DNA of 64,000 nt from Candidatus Kapaibacterium thiocyanatum (GTDB lineage: Bacteria; Bacteroidota; Ignavibacteria; Kapaibacteriales; Kapaibacteriaceae): the NCBI GenBank assembly GCA_001899175.1, contig MKVH01000024.1, forward strand, positions 883,127 through 947,126, written 5' to 3'. Shown here one piece after another: positions 44,910 to 55,259 of the stretch (positions are counted from its first letter, which is position 1; each line of letters starts with the position of its first letter). The notes under the pieces are model-generated. The model was not told the DNA's origin. It searched no databases and saw only the letters and a program-made list of their open reading frames with translations. A program made the position numbers and the translations under genes.

Positions 44910-45349
44910 TGAAGATCAACTGGGGCTGGAGAGTCACCATCGTCTATACGCTGTTCGCACTGGGAACGCTCGGCGTCGTCGCCTATGCCGCGAGCCGTGA
45001 GGTCGATCTTGTCCGACCCGACTACTACGAGCATACGCTGGCGCACGAGGCTACGGCCCACGCACTCGAGAACGGCCGCAGGCTCGGTGCCGAAGCCGAT
45101 GTCGTCGTCGATGATTCCGCCGGGCTCGTCGTTCGTATCCCTTCGTCGCATGCGTCGATGGCGCACGGCACGGTGACGCTGTACAGACCGAATTCGGTGA
45201 AGGACGACAGGACGCTGCCTCTGCACGTCGATGGCCGTGGCACCATGGACATTCCATCGAACGGTATGGATCGTGGCCGCTGGCGTGTCTTCGTCGAATG
45301 GAAGAGTGACAGGACGTATCGCATCGAACGTATGATCGACGTGAGGTAA
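44906..45349 (+). CDS. FixH/CcoH-family protein
   Basis: Single N-terminal TM + periplasmic domain, 147 aa, immediately after ccoG. Confidence 0.7.
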   Translation: MMKINWGWRVTIVYTLFALGTLGVVAYAASREVDLVRPDYYEHTLAHEATAHALENGRRLGAEADVVVDDSAGLVVRIPSSHASMAHGTVTLYRPNSVKDDRTLPLHVDGRGTMDIPSNGMDRGRWRVFVEWKSDRTYRIERMIDVR

Positions 45350-45352
45350 CGG

Positions 45353-46060
45353 ATGGACCTGCTTGCGGCATTCATGCTGGGAATCGCGGGAAGCCTGCAC
45401 TGCATCGGTATGTGCGGTCCGATCGCATTGGCCCTGCCGAGAGGGGAGGGCGGAGTCGTCACCCTCGTCGGTGGGCGTGTGTTGTATCAGGCCGGACGCA
45501 TCGCCGTCTACATGTTGCTCGGAATGCTCGCAGGCCTTGGTGGAAGCATCGTCGCCATCGCCGGGTACGAACGGTACGTCTCCGTGATCGCCGGTGCGCT
45601 CATGATCGTGGCCGTCGTGGTACAGTTGCTGTGGCACACGTCGATACTGCCCGTCGAACGGCTCACGAAGTGGACCGGGCCGTTGCGTTCGAGGATCATG
45701 CCGATGCTCCGTCGTCACTCTCCCGTTGCCATGATCGGTCTTGGGGCGCTCAATGGCCTGTTGCCGTGCGGCCTCGTGACGGTGGCGCTCATGGGATCGA
45801 TCGGGGCGGCCACACCGGTCGGCGGAGCCATGTTCATGGCTGCCTTCGGTCTGGGAACCGCACCGGTCATGCTCGCCCTCGCCGTCGGTGTGCGGCTCCT
45901 CCCGCAGTGGGTGCGGCTGAAGCATCGCCTCGTCGTGCCGGCCGTGGCCCTCGTTCTCGGCCTGGTCTTCGTCCTGCGCGGATCCGCCCTAGGTATTCCA
46001 TATCTCAGTCCGGAAGCGCCGTCGCATGAGAAAACCGCATCGTGCTGTTCGGGACACTGA
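45353..46060 (+). CDS. TauE/SafE- or DsbD_2-like polytopic membrane protein with an HCxGMCGP motif
   Basis: Six to eight TM segments; SLHCIGMCGPIA near the N-terminus; sits downstream of the cco assembly genes. Confidence 0.6.
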   Translation: MDLLAAFMLGIAGSLHCIGMCGPIALALPRGEGGVVTLVGGRVLYQAGRIAVYMLLGMLAGLGGSIVAIAGYERYVSVIAGALMIVAVVVQLLWHTSILPVERLTKWTGPLRSRIMPMLRRHSPVAMIGLGALNGLLPCGLVTVALMGSIGAATPVGGAMFMAAFGLGTAPVMLALAVGVRLLPQWVRLKHRLVVPAVALVLGLVFVLRGSALGIPYLSPEAPSHEKTASCCSGH

Positions 46061-46121
46061 TATTCGGACAAAAGAGTCTTATATTTGTACTACGAACTAA
46101 TTCCTCAGAAAGGACGCGGTC

Positions 46122-46550
46122 ATGAAAAGGTTGGGAACGTGCCTGGTCGTCATGATGGCCCTGGTTGGACTCGTCGGGTCGGCATCGGCACAGGACAAGG
46201 CGTTGATGGCGAAGGGACAGAAGGTCTATAACGAATACTGCAAGACGTGCCATCAGGCCAATGGCCAGGGGCTCGGAACGGTCTATCCTCCGCTGGCGAA
46301 GAGCGACTATCTGAAGTCGGCGAAGAAGGAAGTCATCATCCATGAAGTCGTGTTCGGCAAGTCCGGCAAGGTGAAGGTTAACGGCAAGGAATACAACGGA
46401 GTCATGGCTCCGCTTCCCTCGAAGTATACGGACGAGGATGTGGCAGGTGTGATCAGCTACGTCTACAACAGCTTCGGCAACAAGGGGCCGGCCGTGACGC
46501 CTGCCGAAGTGAAGAAGGTCCGTGCCGGTGGCGCCAAGAAGAAATGGTGA
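46122..46550 (+). CDS. class I c-type cytochrome (monoheme) with signal peptide
   Basis: Signal peptide; CKTCH haem site; Met ligand region (NGVMAPLP). Confidence 0.8.
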   Translation: MKRLGTCLVVMMALVGLVGSASAQDKALMAKGQKVYNEYCKTCHQANGQGLGTVYPPLAKSDYLKSAKKEVIIHEVVFGKSGKVKVNGKEYNGVMAPLPSKYTDEDVAGVISYVYNSFGNKGPAVTPAEVKKVRAGGAKKKW

Positions 46551-46655
46551 ACCGGTAACGAACAACGTTCCTCAAGGACGCCCTGTCGACGTATGGTCGG
46601 CGGGGCGTCGTCGCGTTTGTCCCTATCTTTGCGACCTCATTACGAATGATCTTCA

Positions 46656-47654
46656 ATGGCTAAACGTACATCACAGCAGCACCAGCGGACGTCAGGTCTT
46701 ACCGACGCGCAGCGCAAGGAAATGCTCGTCTACATGCTGATGGCACGCGAGTTCGACAATGCGATGCTCCGGCTCTATCGTCAGGGCAAGGCCTTCGGTG
46801 GCGTCTATTCGCAGCTCGGCAACGAAGCGGTATCGGTGGGATCGGCCTATGCGCTGGACCCGAAGAAGGACGTACTCTTTCCCATGCACCGCAACATCGG
46901 TTCCCATTTCGTATTCGGACAGGACGTCGACACCTTGATGGTGAACCACCTCGCCCGTGAGGGGAGCCAGATGCGTGGTACGGACGGTACGGGACACTAT
47001 GCGGATCCGGCGAAGCGCATCTACGGTAACGTCAGTCATCTCGGTGCCATGATTCCCGTCGCCGCCGGCTTCTCCATGGCTGATCAGTTGCGTGGAATCA
47101 CCACCGTCTCCATGACCTACATCGGTGATGGCGGAGCGCAGGTGGGCGAAGTGCACGAAGCTCTGAACTTCGCCGCGGTGCGCAAGATTCCGATGATCCT
47201 CATCATCGAGAACAATCAATACGCCTATTCCACTCCCAACTCGCTCGAGTTCGCCTGCGAACGGCTCTCCGATCGTGCGATCGGATACGGCATGTTCGGG
47301 GAGACGATCGACGGTACCGATGTGGAACTCGTCTATGAAGCATGCAGCCGTGCCGTCGAACGCGCACGCCGTGGTGAAGGCCCGTCCCTCATCGAAACCG
47401 TCACCATGCGTATGCGTGGTCACGCCGAGCATGACGACTTCGCCTACGTACCCAAGGACATGCTCGAAGAGTGGAAGAAAAAGGATCCCGTCGAAACCTA
47501 CATCCGTCGTATCGTCGATGCGGGCATCATGTCCCGGCAGGACATCGACGATCTGCGCAAGACGACCTTCGACAACATGATCGCGTCGATCGATCGCGGT
47601 CTGGAGCTGCCGTGGCCTGCCGCCGAGGAAGCATATCGCAACGTGTTTCTCTAA
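46656..47654 (+). CDS. 2-oxoacid / pyruvate dehydrogenase E1 component alpha subunit
   Basis: TPP-binding YIGDGGAQVGEVHEALNFAAV...IENNQYA motif; 332 aa. Confidence 0.85.
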   Translation: MAKRTSQQHQRTSGLTDAQRKEMLVYMLMAREFDNAMLRLYRQGKAFGGVYSQLGNEAVSVGSAYALDPKKDVLFPMHRNIGSHFVFGQDVDTLMVNHLAREGSQMRGTDGTGHYADPAKRIYGNVSHLGAMIPVAAGFSMADQLRGITTVSMTYIGDGGAQVGEVHEALNFAAVRKIPMILIIENNQYAYSTPNSLEFACERLSDRAIGYGMFGETIDGTDVELVYEACSRAVERARRGEGPSLIETVTMRMRGHAEHDDFAYVPKDMLEEWKKKDPVETYIRRIVDAGIMSRQDIDDLRKTTFDNMIASIDRGLELPWPAAEEAYRNVFL

Positions 47655-47660
47655 GGACCT

Positions 47661-48635
47661 ATGCCAGTAATGACCTATCTCGAAGCCATCGCCGATGCGC
47701 TTCGTATCGAAATGCACAAGGACGATCGTGTCTTCATGATCGGTGAGGACATCGGCACGTATGGCGGTGCCTTCAAGCTCACGAAGGGATTTCTCGACGA
47801 GTTCGGACCGAAGCGCATCATCGATGCTCCGATTTCCGAGGCCGCCATCATCGGTGCCGCCATCGGCGCATCGCTGAACGGCATGCGGCCCGTCGCAGAA
47901 ATGCAGTTCATCGACTTCATCACGAACGGATTCAACCAGCTCGTGACGGTTGCCGGTACCACGGCCTATCGCTGGAGCCTGCCCGTACCCATGGTCGTTC
48001 GCGGCCCGTCGGGTGGTGGCGTGGGAGGCAATCCGTTCCACTCGCGCGACCCCGAGAACTGGTTCGTCCATGCGACCGGTCTCAAGGTCGTCTGCCCGGC
48101 CTTTCCCGCCGATGCGAAGGGCCTGATGACGGCGTCCATGCGAGACGACAACCCCGTCGTGTTCTTCGAACACAAGGGACTCTACAGGAAGATCAAGGAA
48201 GAAGTGCCGGAAGGGGAGTACGTCGTACCGCTCGGTCAGGCCAACGTCGTTCGCCAGGGACGCGACTGTTCCGTCATCTGCTATGGCAGCGCGGTCCATA
48301 TGGCCCTTGCCGCCGCCGATGAGCTCGAACGTGACGGTGTCAGCGTCGAAGTGGTGGACATCCGTACGCTCGTGCCGTTCGACGAAGAGACCGTGCTGGC
48401 ATCGGTACGGAAGACGGGCCGGGCCGTCGTGGCACACGAAGCCGTGATGACGGGCGGATTCGGAGGAGAGATCGTGGCACGCATCGCGGACAAGGCGTTC
48501 CGCTTCCTCGATGCTCCCGTCAAACGCGTGGCGGCCTACGACGCGCCCACGCCGTTCGCACCGACGCTCGAGCAGGCCGTCCTGCCGAATGCCGACAAGG
48601 TGGCCGCAGCCATCCGTGAAACGATGGCCTTCTGA
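47661..48635 (+). CDS. 2-oxoacid / pyruvate dehydrogenase E1 component beta subunit
   Basis: Transketolase-like Pyr domain (GEDIGTYGGAFKLTKGF, DAPISEAAIIGAAIGA) and C-terminal domain; 324 aa. Confidence 0.9.
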   Translation: MPVMTYLEAIADALRIEMHKDDRVFMIGEDIGTYGGAFKLTKGFLDEFGPKRIIDAPISEAAIIGAAIGASLNGMRPVAEMQFIDFITNGFNQLVTVAGTTAYRWSLPVPMVVRGPSGGGVGGNPFHSRDPENWFVHATGLKVVCPAFPADAKGLMTASMRDDNPVVFFEHKGLYRKIKEEVPEGEYVVPLGQANVVRQGRDCSVICYGSAVHMALAAADELERDGVSVEVVDIRTLVPFDEETVLASVRKTGRAVVAHEAVMTGGFGGEIVARIADKAFRFLDAPVKRVAAYDAPTPFAPTLEQAVLPNADKVAAAIRETMAF

Positions 48636-48723
48636 GTGTGTAAAAAAATCGTCCCGTCGGCACGGCGGGAGTTCCGTAAGTTTGCAGCATCGATTTCGTT
48701 CCACTCGGTTGACAAGGGATTCC

Positions 48724-49017
48724 ATGGCGAAAGTCCAGTTCCGCGTCTCGTATTCCATCCCCGACGGCAAGCGTCCGGAGTATCTCGCTTCGGTACAGAA
48801 GCTGAAGCAGTTCTATGCGGGGAATGGTGCGCAGTACGCCGTATATGAATCCAAGAACAAGCACAACCACTTCCAGGAAGTCTACATCTATCCTTCGCAG
48901 GAAGCATACGATCAGAGTGACGATCCGGCATCCATTTCCGAGATATCGGGTGCGATCGAACGTATCTATGCTCTCGCCCAGGATGTCTCCTACGACGTGT
49001 CGTTCGAAGTCGACTGA
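48724..49017 (+). CDS. small hypothetical protein (about 97 aa)
   Basis: ATG MAKVQFRVSYSIPDG... inside the longer listed ORF 48511..49017; followed by a clean terminator. Confidence 0.5.
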   Translation: MAKVQFRVSYSIPDGKRPEYLASVQKLKQFYAGNGAQYAVYESKNKHNHFQEVYIYPSQEAYDQSDDPASISEISGAIERIYALAQDVSYDVSFEVD

Positions 49018-49043
49018 GACTGTCGATACTGAAAGATTCTACG

Positions 49044-49075
49044 AAAGGAGCGGGGAACTGCTCCTTTTTCGTTTT
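49044..49075 (+). terminator. rho-independent terminator
   Basis: AAAGGAGC-ggggaact-GCTCCTTT (8-bp perfect stem) followed by TTCGTTTT. Confidence 0.55.
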
Positions 49076-49088
49076 ATGACGGATCCCC

Positions 49089-50186
49089 ATGTCCTTCAAG
49101 GATGCCATCAAACGACTGCTCTACCTTCCCGCACGCCTCCGGTGGCGGCGTGGCGGTGTGCAACTGCCCCTCGACCCCAGCTCCGTCCGGTCGATCCTGA
49201 TCCTTCGCTATGACGCCATCGGCGACATGATCGTCACGACGCCGCTCTTCGATGCCCTGAGATCGGTCGTACCCGATGCCGCTATCGACGTCGTCGCCTC
49301 GAACCGCAACGCCGGATTGCTGGCCGATGATGACCGTATCCGACATGTCCACGTCTACGACGGAAGCCGGTCTGCGTTCCGTGCAGTACGGAAGGCCTGT
49401 CGCCGCCAACGGTACGACGTCGTGATCTCGCTTGTGATGAACAAGACGACGAAGGCCGGACTGATGGCCAACAGACTCGGAGGCTCGAAGGCGATCACCG
49501 TATCCTTCGAGAACGCCGCACGTCGAGATCTCTACGCGACGTGGTTCGACGTCCAGGTTCCCGTCGAACGGAACGTCTCCGCGATGGCCGAGATGCAGTT
49601 GCGGATCGTGGAAGCATTGTTCGGTGTACGTTGCGATCCCGCATCCTTTCCGATGAGAATCCGCCTGGACGCCGCCAACGAGCGGTTCGCGGCCCAGCAG
49701 GTGAGGGGGAACGAAGGACATCACACTATCGGATTCAATCTGTCGGCGGGCAATCCCTATCGGATGTGGTCCGAAGAGCGCAATGCCGAATTCCTGACGC
49801 TGCTCATGGCCGTCGATGCCGACACCCACATCGTGCTGTTCTCCGACGGCGCACGTCGGGATATGGCTCTACGGCTGGCTTCGATGGATCCGTCCAGAAT
49901 ATCGTGTTGCGAGCCGACGAAGGATTTCCGTTCCGTCGTAGCGACGTTGGGGAGGATGGATGTCGTGATCACACCGGATACGTCCGTCGTTCATGCCGCC
50001 GCGGCGATGGGAACACCCGTCGTCGTCATGTACTCGCTGAAGGCCTCGTTCCTGGTGGAATGGCAGCCCTTCGGAGTACCTCATCGCGTCGCATATACGA
50101 ACGGTCGTGAGGACCTCGAAACGCTCGAACCCGCAGAGGTGCTGCAGGCCTACATGGAATTGATGTCCGTACGGAGCGGGCGATGA
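49089..50186 (+). CDS. glycosyltransferase family 9 (heptosyltransferase-like)
   Basis: ILILRYDAIGDMIVTTPLFDAL N-terminus and C-terminal ...DTSVVHAAAAMGTPVVVMY, typical of GT9 RfaF/RfaC-like enzymes. Confidence 0.8.
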   Translation: MSFKDAIKRLLYLPARLRWRRGGVQLPLDPSSVRSILILRYDAIGDMIVTTPLFDALRSVVPDAAIDVVASNRNAGLLADDDRIRHVHVYDGSRSAFRAVRKACRRQRYDVVISLVMNKTTKAGLMANRLGGSKAITVSFENAARRDLYATWFDVQVPVERNVSAMAEMQLRIVEALFGVRCDPASFPMRIRLDAANERFAAQQVRGNEGHHTIGFNLSAGNPYRMWSEERNAEFLTLLMAVDADTHIVLFSDGARRDMALRLASMDPSRISCCEPTKDFRSVVATLGRMDVVITPDTSVVHAAAAMGTPVVVMYSLKASFLVEWQPFGVPHRVAYTNGREDLETLEPAEVLQAYMELMSVRSGR

Positions 50187-51307
50187 TCATCGGTTTCGAC
50201 GGAACACGTATCACGGGACATAGCGGTATCGAACGCTATGCACGTGAGCTCGTCCGTGTGCTGACGACGATGCCGGGTGACGATCGATACGTCGTGGCTA
50301 CGACGACGAGTCGGGTCGACGAGGTTGGAGAGGCGATCGGACGTTCTCCATCCCTGCTCGTCAAGGGCGGTATTCCGCATGACCTCATGCTCGGCTCTGC
50401 GTTTGGGACGGTCACCCGCCACCTGCAGACACGGGCGATGAGGAAGACGCTGGCGTCGGCGGATCTCGTCCATTACACGTCCCATCGTTCGAAGGTGCTG
50501 CCGGGCCTGCCCTACATCGCTACCGTACACGACCTGTTCCCGATGAGGCGTCCTGGCTTCGCCATCGAGGTCCGGCGTATCATGGAGGGAGCGCGCAAGG
50601 TCATCGTTCCTTCGCGGTATGTGGCAGAGACCATCATCGATCGCTTTCCCGACATGGTCCACAAGGTCATTCCCATCCATCTCGGAGTGGGCGCCCCCTT
50701 CCGTCCGATGGAAGCCGGTGCCGGTCTCCCTTCCGCGCTGCATCATCTCGACGACGTGCCGTACTTCCTTGCCGTTGCGAGAATGGATGTGCGGAAAAAC
50801 GTTCCTGCCATTCTCGATGCATATCGTTCATGGACCGGTGATGGATCGGCAGCTCGACTCGTCTTCGTCCTGAGCGGGACGACTGCCGACGTGAGCACGT
50901 TCAGGACGACCTATACCGAGGCACTGTCCCATCCGGGGATCGTCGTCCTGCCGTCGGTATCCAATGACGATCTCGCGGCCCTGTACGGCGGGGCCCAGGC
51001 TCTGCTGTTCCCTTCGCTCGCCGAAGGATTCGGCCTGCCAGTGCTGGAGGCCATGGCCTGCGGATGCCCGGTACTGACGTCGACGACGACGTGTCTTCCC
51101 GAAACCGCGGGTGATGCGGCATTGCTCGTGGACCCGGAACGGGTGGACGATATCGCTCATGGTATCGACCTCCTCCATCGCGATGGAGCATTGCGCGACG
51201 AACTGCGCAGGAAGGGATCGCTCCGTGCCGCGATGCTTACGTGGGATGCAGCAGCCCGTGCCACGCGCGACGTCTACGCGGAAGCGATTGCAGGAGTGGA
51301 TCGATGA
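50183..51307 (+). CDS. glycosyltransferase family 4 (GT-B, group 1)
   Basis: E-x7-E-type C-terminal motif region (PSLAEGFGLPVLEAMACGCPVLTS); ATGA overlap with the upstream GT9. Confidence 0.8.
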   Translation: MIIGFDGTRITGHSGIERYARELVRVLTTMPGDDRYVVATTTSRVDEVGEAIGRSPSLLVKGGIPHDLMLGSAFGTVTRHLQTRAMRKTLASADLVHYTSHRSKVLPGLPYIATVHDLFPMRRPGFAIEVRRIMEGARKVIVPSRYVAETIIDRFPDMVHKVIPIHLGVGAPFRPMEAGAGLPSALHHLDDVPYFLAVARMDVRKNVPAILDAYRSWTGDGSAARLVFVLSGTTADVSTFRTTYTEALSHPGIVVLPSVSNDDLAALYGGAQALLFPSLAEGFGLPVLEAMACGCPVLTSTTTCLPETAGDAALLVDPERVDDIAHGIDLLHRDGALRDELRRKGSLRAAMLTWDAAARATRDVYAEAIAGVDR

Positions 51308-52377
51308 TGTCCGTCGGACTCGACGTATCGACGTTGTGTACGCCGACACCGACGGGGATCGGACGATATACGGACCATCTCGCCCGCGCATTGGTAGAAG
51401 CGGAAGTCGACGTTCGGTACTTCGTCAAATCGTCCCGGAAAGGACGCGAAGGAGCGATGGATCCGGATATGAAGCATGCGGTCCGCTATTACCTCCCCGG
51501 CCTTCCGGTCATCATCCGGAGACCGCAGGTCGTGCATGCCACGGATGCCTACTATCCGACCGTTCCTGGTGCCGGCCACGTCGTGACCATTCATGATCTC
51601 GCCATCTTCCGTGAAGAGACCCGGCATATCGAAGGATATACCTCCGACGTCTTCCGTGAACGTGGCGCAAGGAGACTGAATGCACTGCTGCGTTGGGCCG
51701 ACGGCATCTGCGTACCGAGCCGTGCCACTGCATCCGACCTCATGGAGATGTTCGGCGTCGATGCGGCGCGCATCACGGTGACGCCTCTCGGCTGCGATCA
51801 CATCGATCCCGTGCGTTCGCATCGCGATGCGGTCGTTCTCGATACCTTCGGTCTGGAAGCCGGCCGATATTCACTCTTCATCGGCCACGTGAGCATCCGC
51901 AAGAACCTGCCGGCGATGATCGAGGCCATGAAGCGTACGCGACATGCGGCCCATCATCCGTTCGTCGTGGCGGGGGCGGACAGTATGGGGGCCGAACGGA
52001 TCCACGAAGCCGCACGGGGGACGAACACCATCTTCACCGGATATCGTACGGAAGAGGAAACACAGGTATTGTTGCGCAATGCGGCCTGTCTCGTCTTCGC
52101 CACGTACTACGAAGGATTCGGCATCCCCGTTCTCGAAGCCATGCGCTGCGGCGTCCCTGTCGTCGCCGGATCGTACGGTGCCGCGCGGGAAGCGGGAGGG
52201 CCGCATGCCGTCTATGCCGATCCGTTCGATGTCGATTCCATCGCTGCGGCGATCGACGAAGCATGGAACATACCGGATGCCGGACGCGATGAAGGCCGGC
52301 GTCATGCCGATGCCTATACATGGAAGAATACGGCCATCCGTACGATCGACGCTTATCGTCGTGCGCCTGGGCGGTAA
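51304..52377 (+). CDS. glycosyltransferase family 4 (GT-B, group 1)
   Basis: YYEGFGIPVLEAMRCGVPVVAGS motif; ATG MMSVGLDV at 51304 overlaps the upstream stop. Confidence 0.8.
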   Translation: MMSVGLDVSTLCTPTPTGIGRYTDHLARALVEAEVDVRYFVKSSRKGREGAMDPDMKHAVRYYLPGLPVIIRRPQVVHATDAYYPTVPGAGHVVTIHDLAIFREETRHIEGYTSDVFRERGARRLNALLRWADGICVPSRATASDLMEMFGVDAARITVTPLGCDHIDPVRSHRDAVVLDTFGLEAGRYSLFIGHVSIRKNLPAMIEAMKRTRHAAHHPFVVAGADSMGAERIHEAARGTNTIFTGYRTEEETQVLLRNAACLVFATYYEGFGIPVLEAMRCGVPVVAGSYGAAREAGGPHAVYADPFDVDSIAAAIDEAWNIPDAGRDEGRRHADAYTWKNTAIRTIDAYRRAPGR

Positions 52378-52392
52378 ATTGCGGTTTCCATC

Positions 52393-53496
52393 ATGGCCAA
52401 TGCACTGAAACATATCGAACTGGCGATACGCCGCCGCGTGACAGGACTGTTGTCCGGCTCGCGAGAGGCCATGCGTGTCACCGAGCCGGCCGACGTCCTG
52501 CATCTTCCCGACAATGCGCGTATCCTCCTGCTCAGGCAGGACAGGATCGGCGACGTCCTGGTTTCGATTCCCGTGATGCGTGCCTTGCGCAACCGGTTGC
52601 CGTTCGCGACGATCGACATGGTGCTGAGCCCGAACAATCTCGCCGTCCGTCACGCGGTGGCGGCCTATACCGATGACATCCATGTCTATCGAAAGTCGCT
52701 GTCCGATGTCGTCGGCCTGCTGAAGGCATTGCGACGGAAGCGCTACGACCTCGTCATCGATCTCATGGACAATCCGTCGACGACGTCGTCGATGCTCGTA
52801 CGCTGGAGTGGTGCGCGCATGGCCCTTGGGATAGAGAAGGCCAACAGTGGCGTCTACACGCACGTGGTGCCGCTGGCCGACCGTTCTTCCGTCCACATCG
52901 TGGAACGTCTGGCACGTCTGCTCATGCCGTTCGGCATCGATCCTTCGACGGAGCAGCTCGATCTCGAATACGAGGTCACGGACGAGGAACGGCGGAAGGC
53001 CATGTCCATCCTCGGTCTGCACGACGACGGTCACATACGGCTCGGCGTCAACATCAGTGGCAGCGACATCTCGCGGATGTACGGTGAGGAGGCGATGACG
53101 GAGGTGCTGACGACCATACGGCATCGTCACCCGGGAGTTGATCCATACATCTTCGCTGCACCGCCGCACAAGGACATGCAGATGCGGATCGTGGAGTCGA
53201 CGGGAGCCGTCGCCGTGCCCATCGTGCCGTCGTTCCACGAATACGCCTGCCTGTTATCCCTCATGGACGCTATCGTGACGCCCGATACGTCGTCCGTACA
53301 TCTCGCCGCGGCATGGAAGACGCCGAGCGTCGTGCTGTTCATGCATGACGATCCTGGACTCATGCCGTGGTATCCCTACATGTCGCCGTGCCGTCCTCTC
53401 GAGGCGCAGCAGGGCAGTATTTCGGACATTCCACGTGAGCACGTCATTTCGGCGATCGATGACATGCTCCGTGACTTTAGCATATTGCGATCATGA
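52393..53496 (+). CDS. glycosyltransferase family 9 (heptosyltransferase-like), paralog of 49089..50186
   Basis: [23 protein letters not shown]-terminus, ...[20 protein letters not shown]-terminus. Confidence 0.8.
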   Translation: MANALKHIELAIRRRVTGLLSGSREAMRVTEPADVLHLPDNARILLLRQDRIGDVLVSIPVMRALRNRLPFATIDMVLSPNNLAVRHAVAAYTDDIHVYRKSLSDVVGLLKALRRKRYDLVIDLMDNPSTTSSMLVRWSGARMALGIEKANSGVYTHVVPLADRSSVHIVERLARLLMPFGIDPSTEQLDLEYEVTDEERRKAMSILGLHDDGHIRLGVNISGSDISRMYGEEAMTEVLTTIRHRHPGVDPYIFAAPPHKDMQMRIVESTGAVAVPIVPSFHEYACLLSLMDAIVTPDTSSVHLAAAWKTPSVVLFMHDDPGLMPWYPYMSPCRPLEAQQGSISDIPREHVISAIDDMLRDFSILRS

Positions 53497-55259
53497 CATT
53501 CGAACAGCGAACAACGACCTGCGGGGAACTGCGTCCGGAACACGCCGGCACTTCCGTTACCATCAATGGCTGGATCAATGCCCGCCGGGATTTCGGCGGC
53601 CTGATCTTTCTCGATATCCGGGACCGGTACGGCATCACACAGGCCGTCATCCAGTCCGAGACGCACCCCGATCTTGCCGCACGTGCCAAGGAGCTACGCT
53701 CCGAATGGGTGGTATGGATCCGCGGAACCGTGCGCATGCGCGAGAATCCGAATCCGCGCATTCCGACCGGTCTCGTGGAAGTGCTGGCCGAGGACTTCGG
53801 TGTGATCAACGAAGCCGAACTCACGCCCTTCGAAATCGTGGACGATCTCCAGACGAACGAAGAATTGCGTCTGAAGTATCGCTTTCTCGACCTGCGCCGT
53901 CACGCCCTGCAGCAGAACTTCCTCATCCGCAACAAGCTGTATCAGCTCACGCACCGGTTCTTCGACGAACAAGGTTTCGTCGAAATCGAGACCCCCGTGC
54001 TCACGAAGTCGACGCCCGAAGGTGCCCGCGACTTCCTGGTGCCGAGCCGTATCAACAAGGGGCAGTTCTACGCTCTTCCGCAGTCGCCGCAACTGTTCAA
54101 GCAGATGCTGATGGTGAGCGGCTTCGACCGCTACATGCAGATCGTCAAGTGTTTCCGCGACGAGGACCTTCGTGCCGACCGTCAGCCGGAATTCACGCAG
54201 ATCGACGTCGAGATGTCCTTCGTGAAGCAGGACGACATCCTCGCCTTGACCGAATCCTTCATCGCACGTGCCTGGAAGGAGATCAAGGGCATTGACGTTC
54301 CCGTTCCGTTCCCGCGTATGTCCTTCGCCGAAGCGATGAACCGGTTCGGCAGCGACAAGCCGGACGTCCGGTATGCACTCGAGCTCAGGACGATTACGGA
54401 AACCGTCGCCGACTCCGGCTTCGCCGTTTTCAAGGATGCCGTAGCGAGCGGTGGCGTCGTATCCGTCTTCAATGCCAAGGGCTGTGCGACTTTCTCGCGG
54501 AAGCAGCTCGATGAGCTCACCGAGTTCTCGAAGAAGTACGGAGCAAAGGGGCTGCCATGGTTGAAGCATGCCAACGGTGAGACGACGGGATCCTTCCTTA
54601 AGATGCTCACCGATGCCGAACGCGATGCGATCCTCGCGGCATCCGGCGCGGAAGATGGCGACCTCCTGCTGTTCGCGGCAGGGGAGTGGGAACGTTCGCA
54701 GCTCATCCTCGGTGCGTTGCGTCAGGAGATCGCCCGTCGTACCGGCATCCATGACCGTCTTGCCGGAACGTATTCCTTCCATTGGGTGCTCGCCTTCCCG
54801 CTCCTCGAATATTCGGACGAAGAACAACGATACGTCGCGCGTCATCATCCGTTCACCGCACCGCTGACCGACGATGTCGGACTGCTCGAGTCGGAGCCGT
54901 CGAAGGCTCGTGCCCAGGCTCATGACCTTGTCATCAACGGCTACGAAGCGGCCGGAGGAAGTATCCGTATCCATCGCAACGAAGTACAGCAGAGGATGTT
55001 CGATCTGCTCGGTCTCTCACGCGAGGATGCCGATGCCAAGTTCGGCTTCCTGCTGAAGGCTCTGCAGTATGGAGCACCGCCGCATGGTGGTATCGCCTTC
55101 GGTTTCGACCGTCTGGTGATGCTGCTCGCGGAAACGGACAACATCCGCGATGTGATCGCATTCCCCAAGACGACGTCGGGACTGTCCCTCATGGACGGAT
55201 GTCCCTCGGATGTGGATAGCAGGCAACTCGCCGATCTCGGTATAGCACTGGCACGATGA
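53493..55259 (+). CDS. aspS: aspartyl-tRNA synthetase
   Basis: OB-fold N-terminus ([39 protein letters not shown]); class II motifs ([47 protein letters not shown]). Confidence 0.95.
   Translation: MTFEQRTTTCGELRPEHAGTSVTINGWINARRDFGGLIFLDIRDRYGITQAVIQSETHPDLAARAKELRSEWVVWIRGTVRMRENPNPRIPTGLVEVLAEDFGVINEAELTPFEIVDDLQTNEELRLKYRFLDLRRHALQQNFLIRNKLYQLTHRFFDEQGFVEIETPVLTKSTPEGARDFLVPSRINKGQFYALPQSPQLFKQMLMVSGFDRYMQIVKCFRDEDLRADRQPEFTQIDVEMSFVKQDDILALTESFIARAWKEIKGIDVPVPFPRMSFAEAMNRFGSDKPDVRYALELRTITETVADSGFAVFKDAVASGGVVSVFNAKGCATFSRKQLDELTEFSKKYGAKGLPWLKHANGETTGSFLKMLTDAERDAILAASGAEDGDLLLFAAGEWERSQLILGALRQEIARRTGIHDRLAGTYSFHWVLAFPLLEYSDEEQRYVARHHPFTAPLTDDVGLLESEPSKARAQAHDLVINGYEAAGGSIRIHRNEVQQRMFDLLGLSREDADAKFGFLLKALQYGAPPHGGIAFGFDRLVMLLAETDNIRDVIAFPKTTSGLSLMDGCPSDVDSRQLADLGIALAR

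Noticed and set aside
46577-46609. Hairpin GACGCCC...GGGCGTC after the cytochrome c gene, as a possible terminator
   Set aside because: 7-bp stem with a 19-nt loop and only a weak T-tract; too weak to list as a feature.
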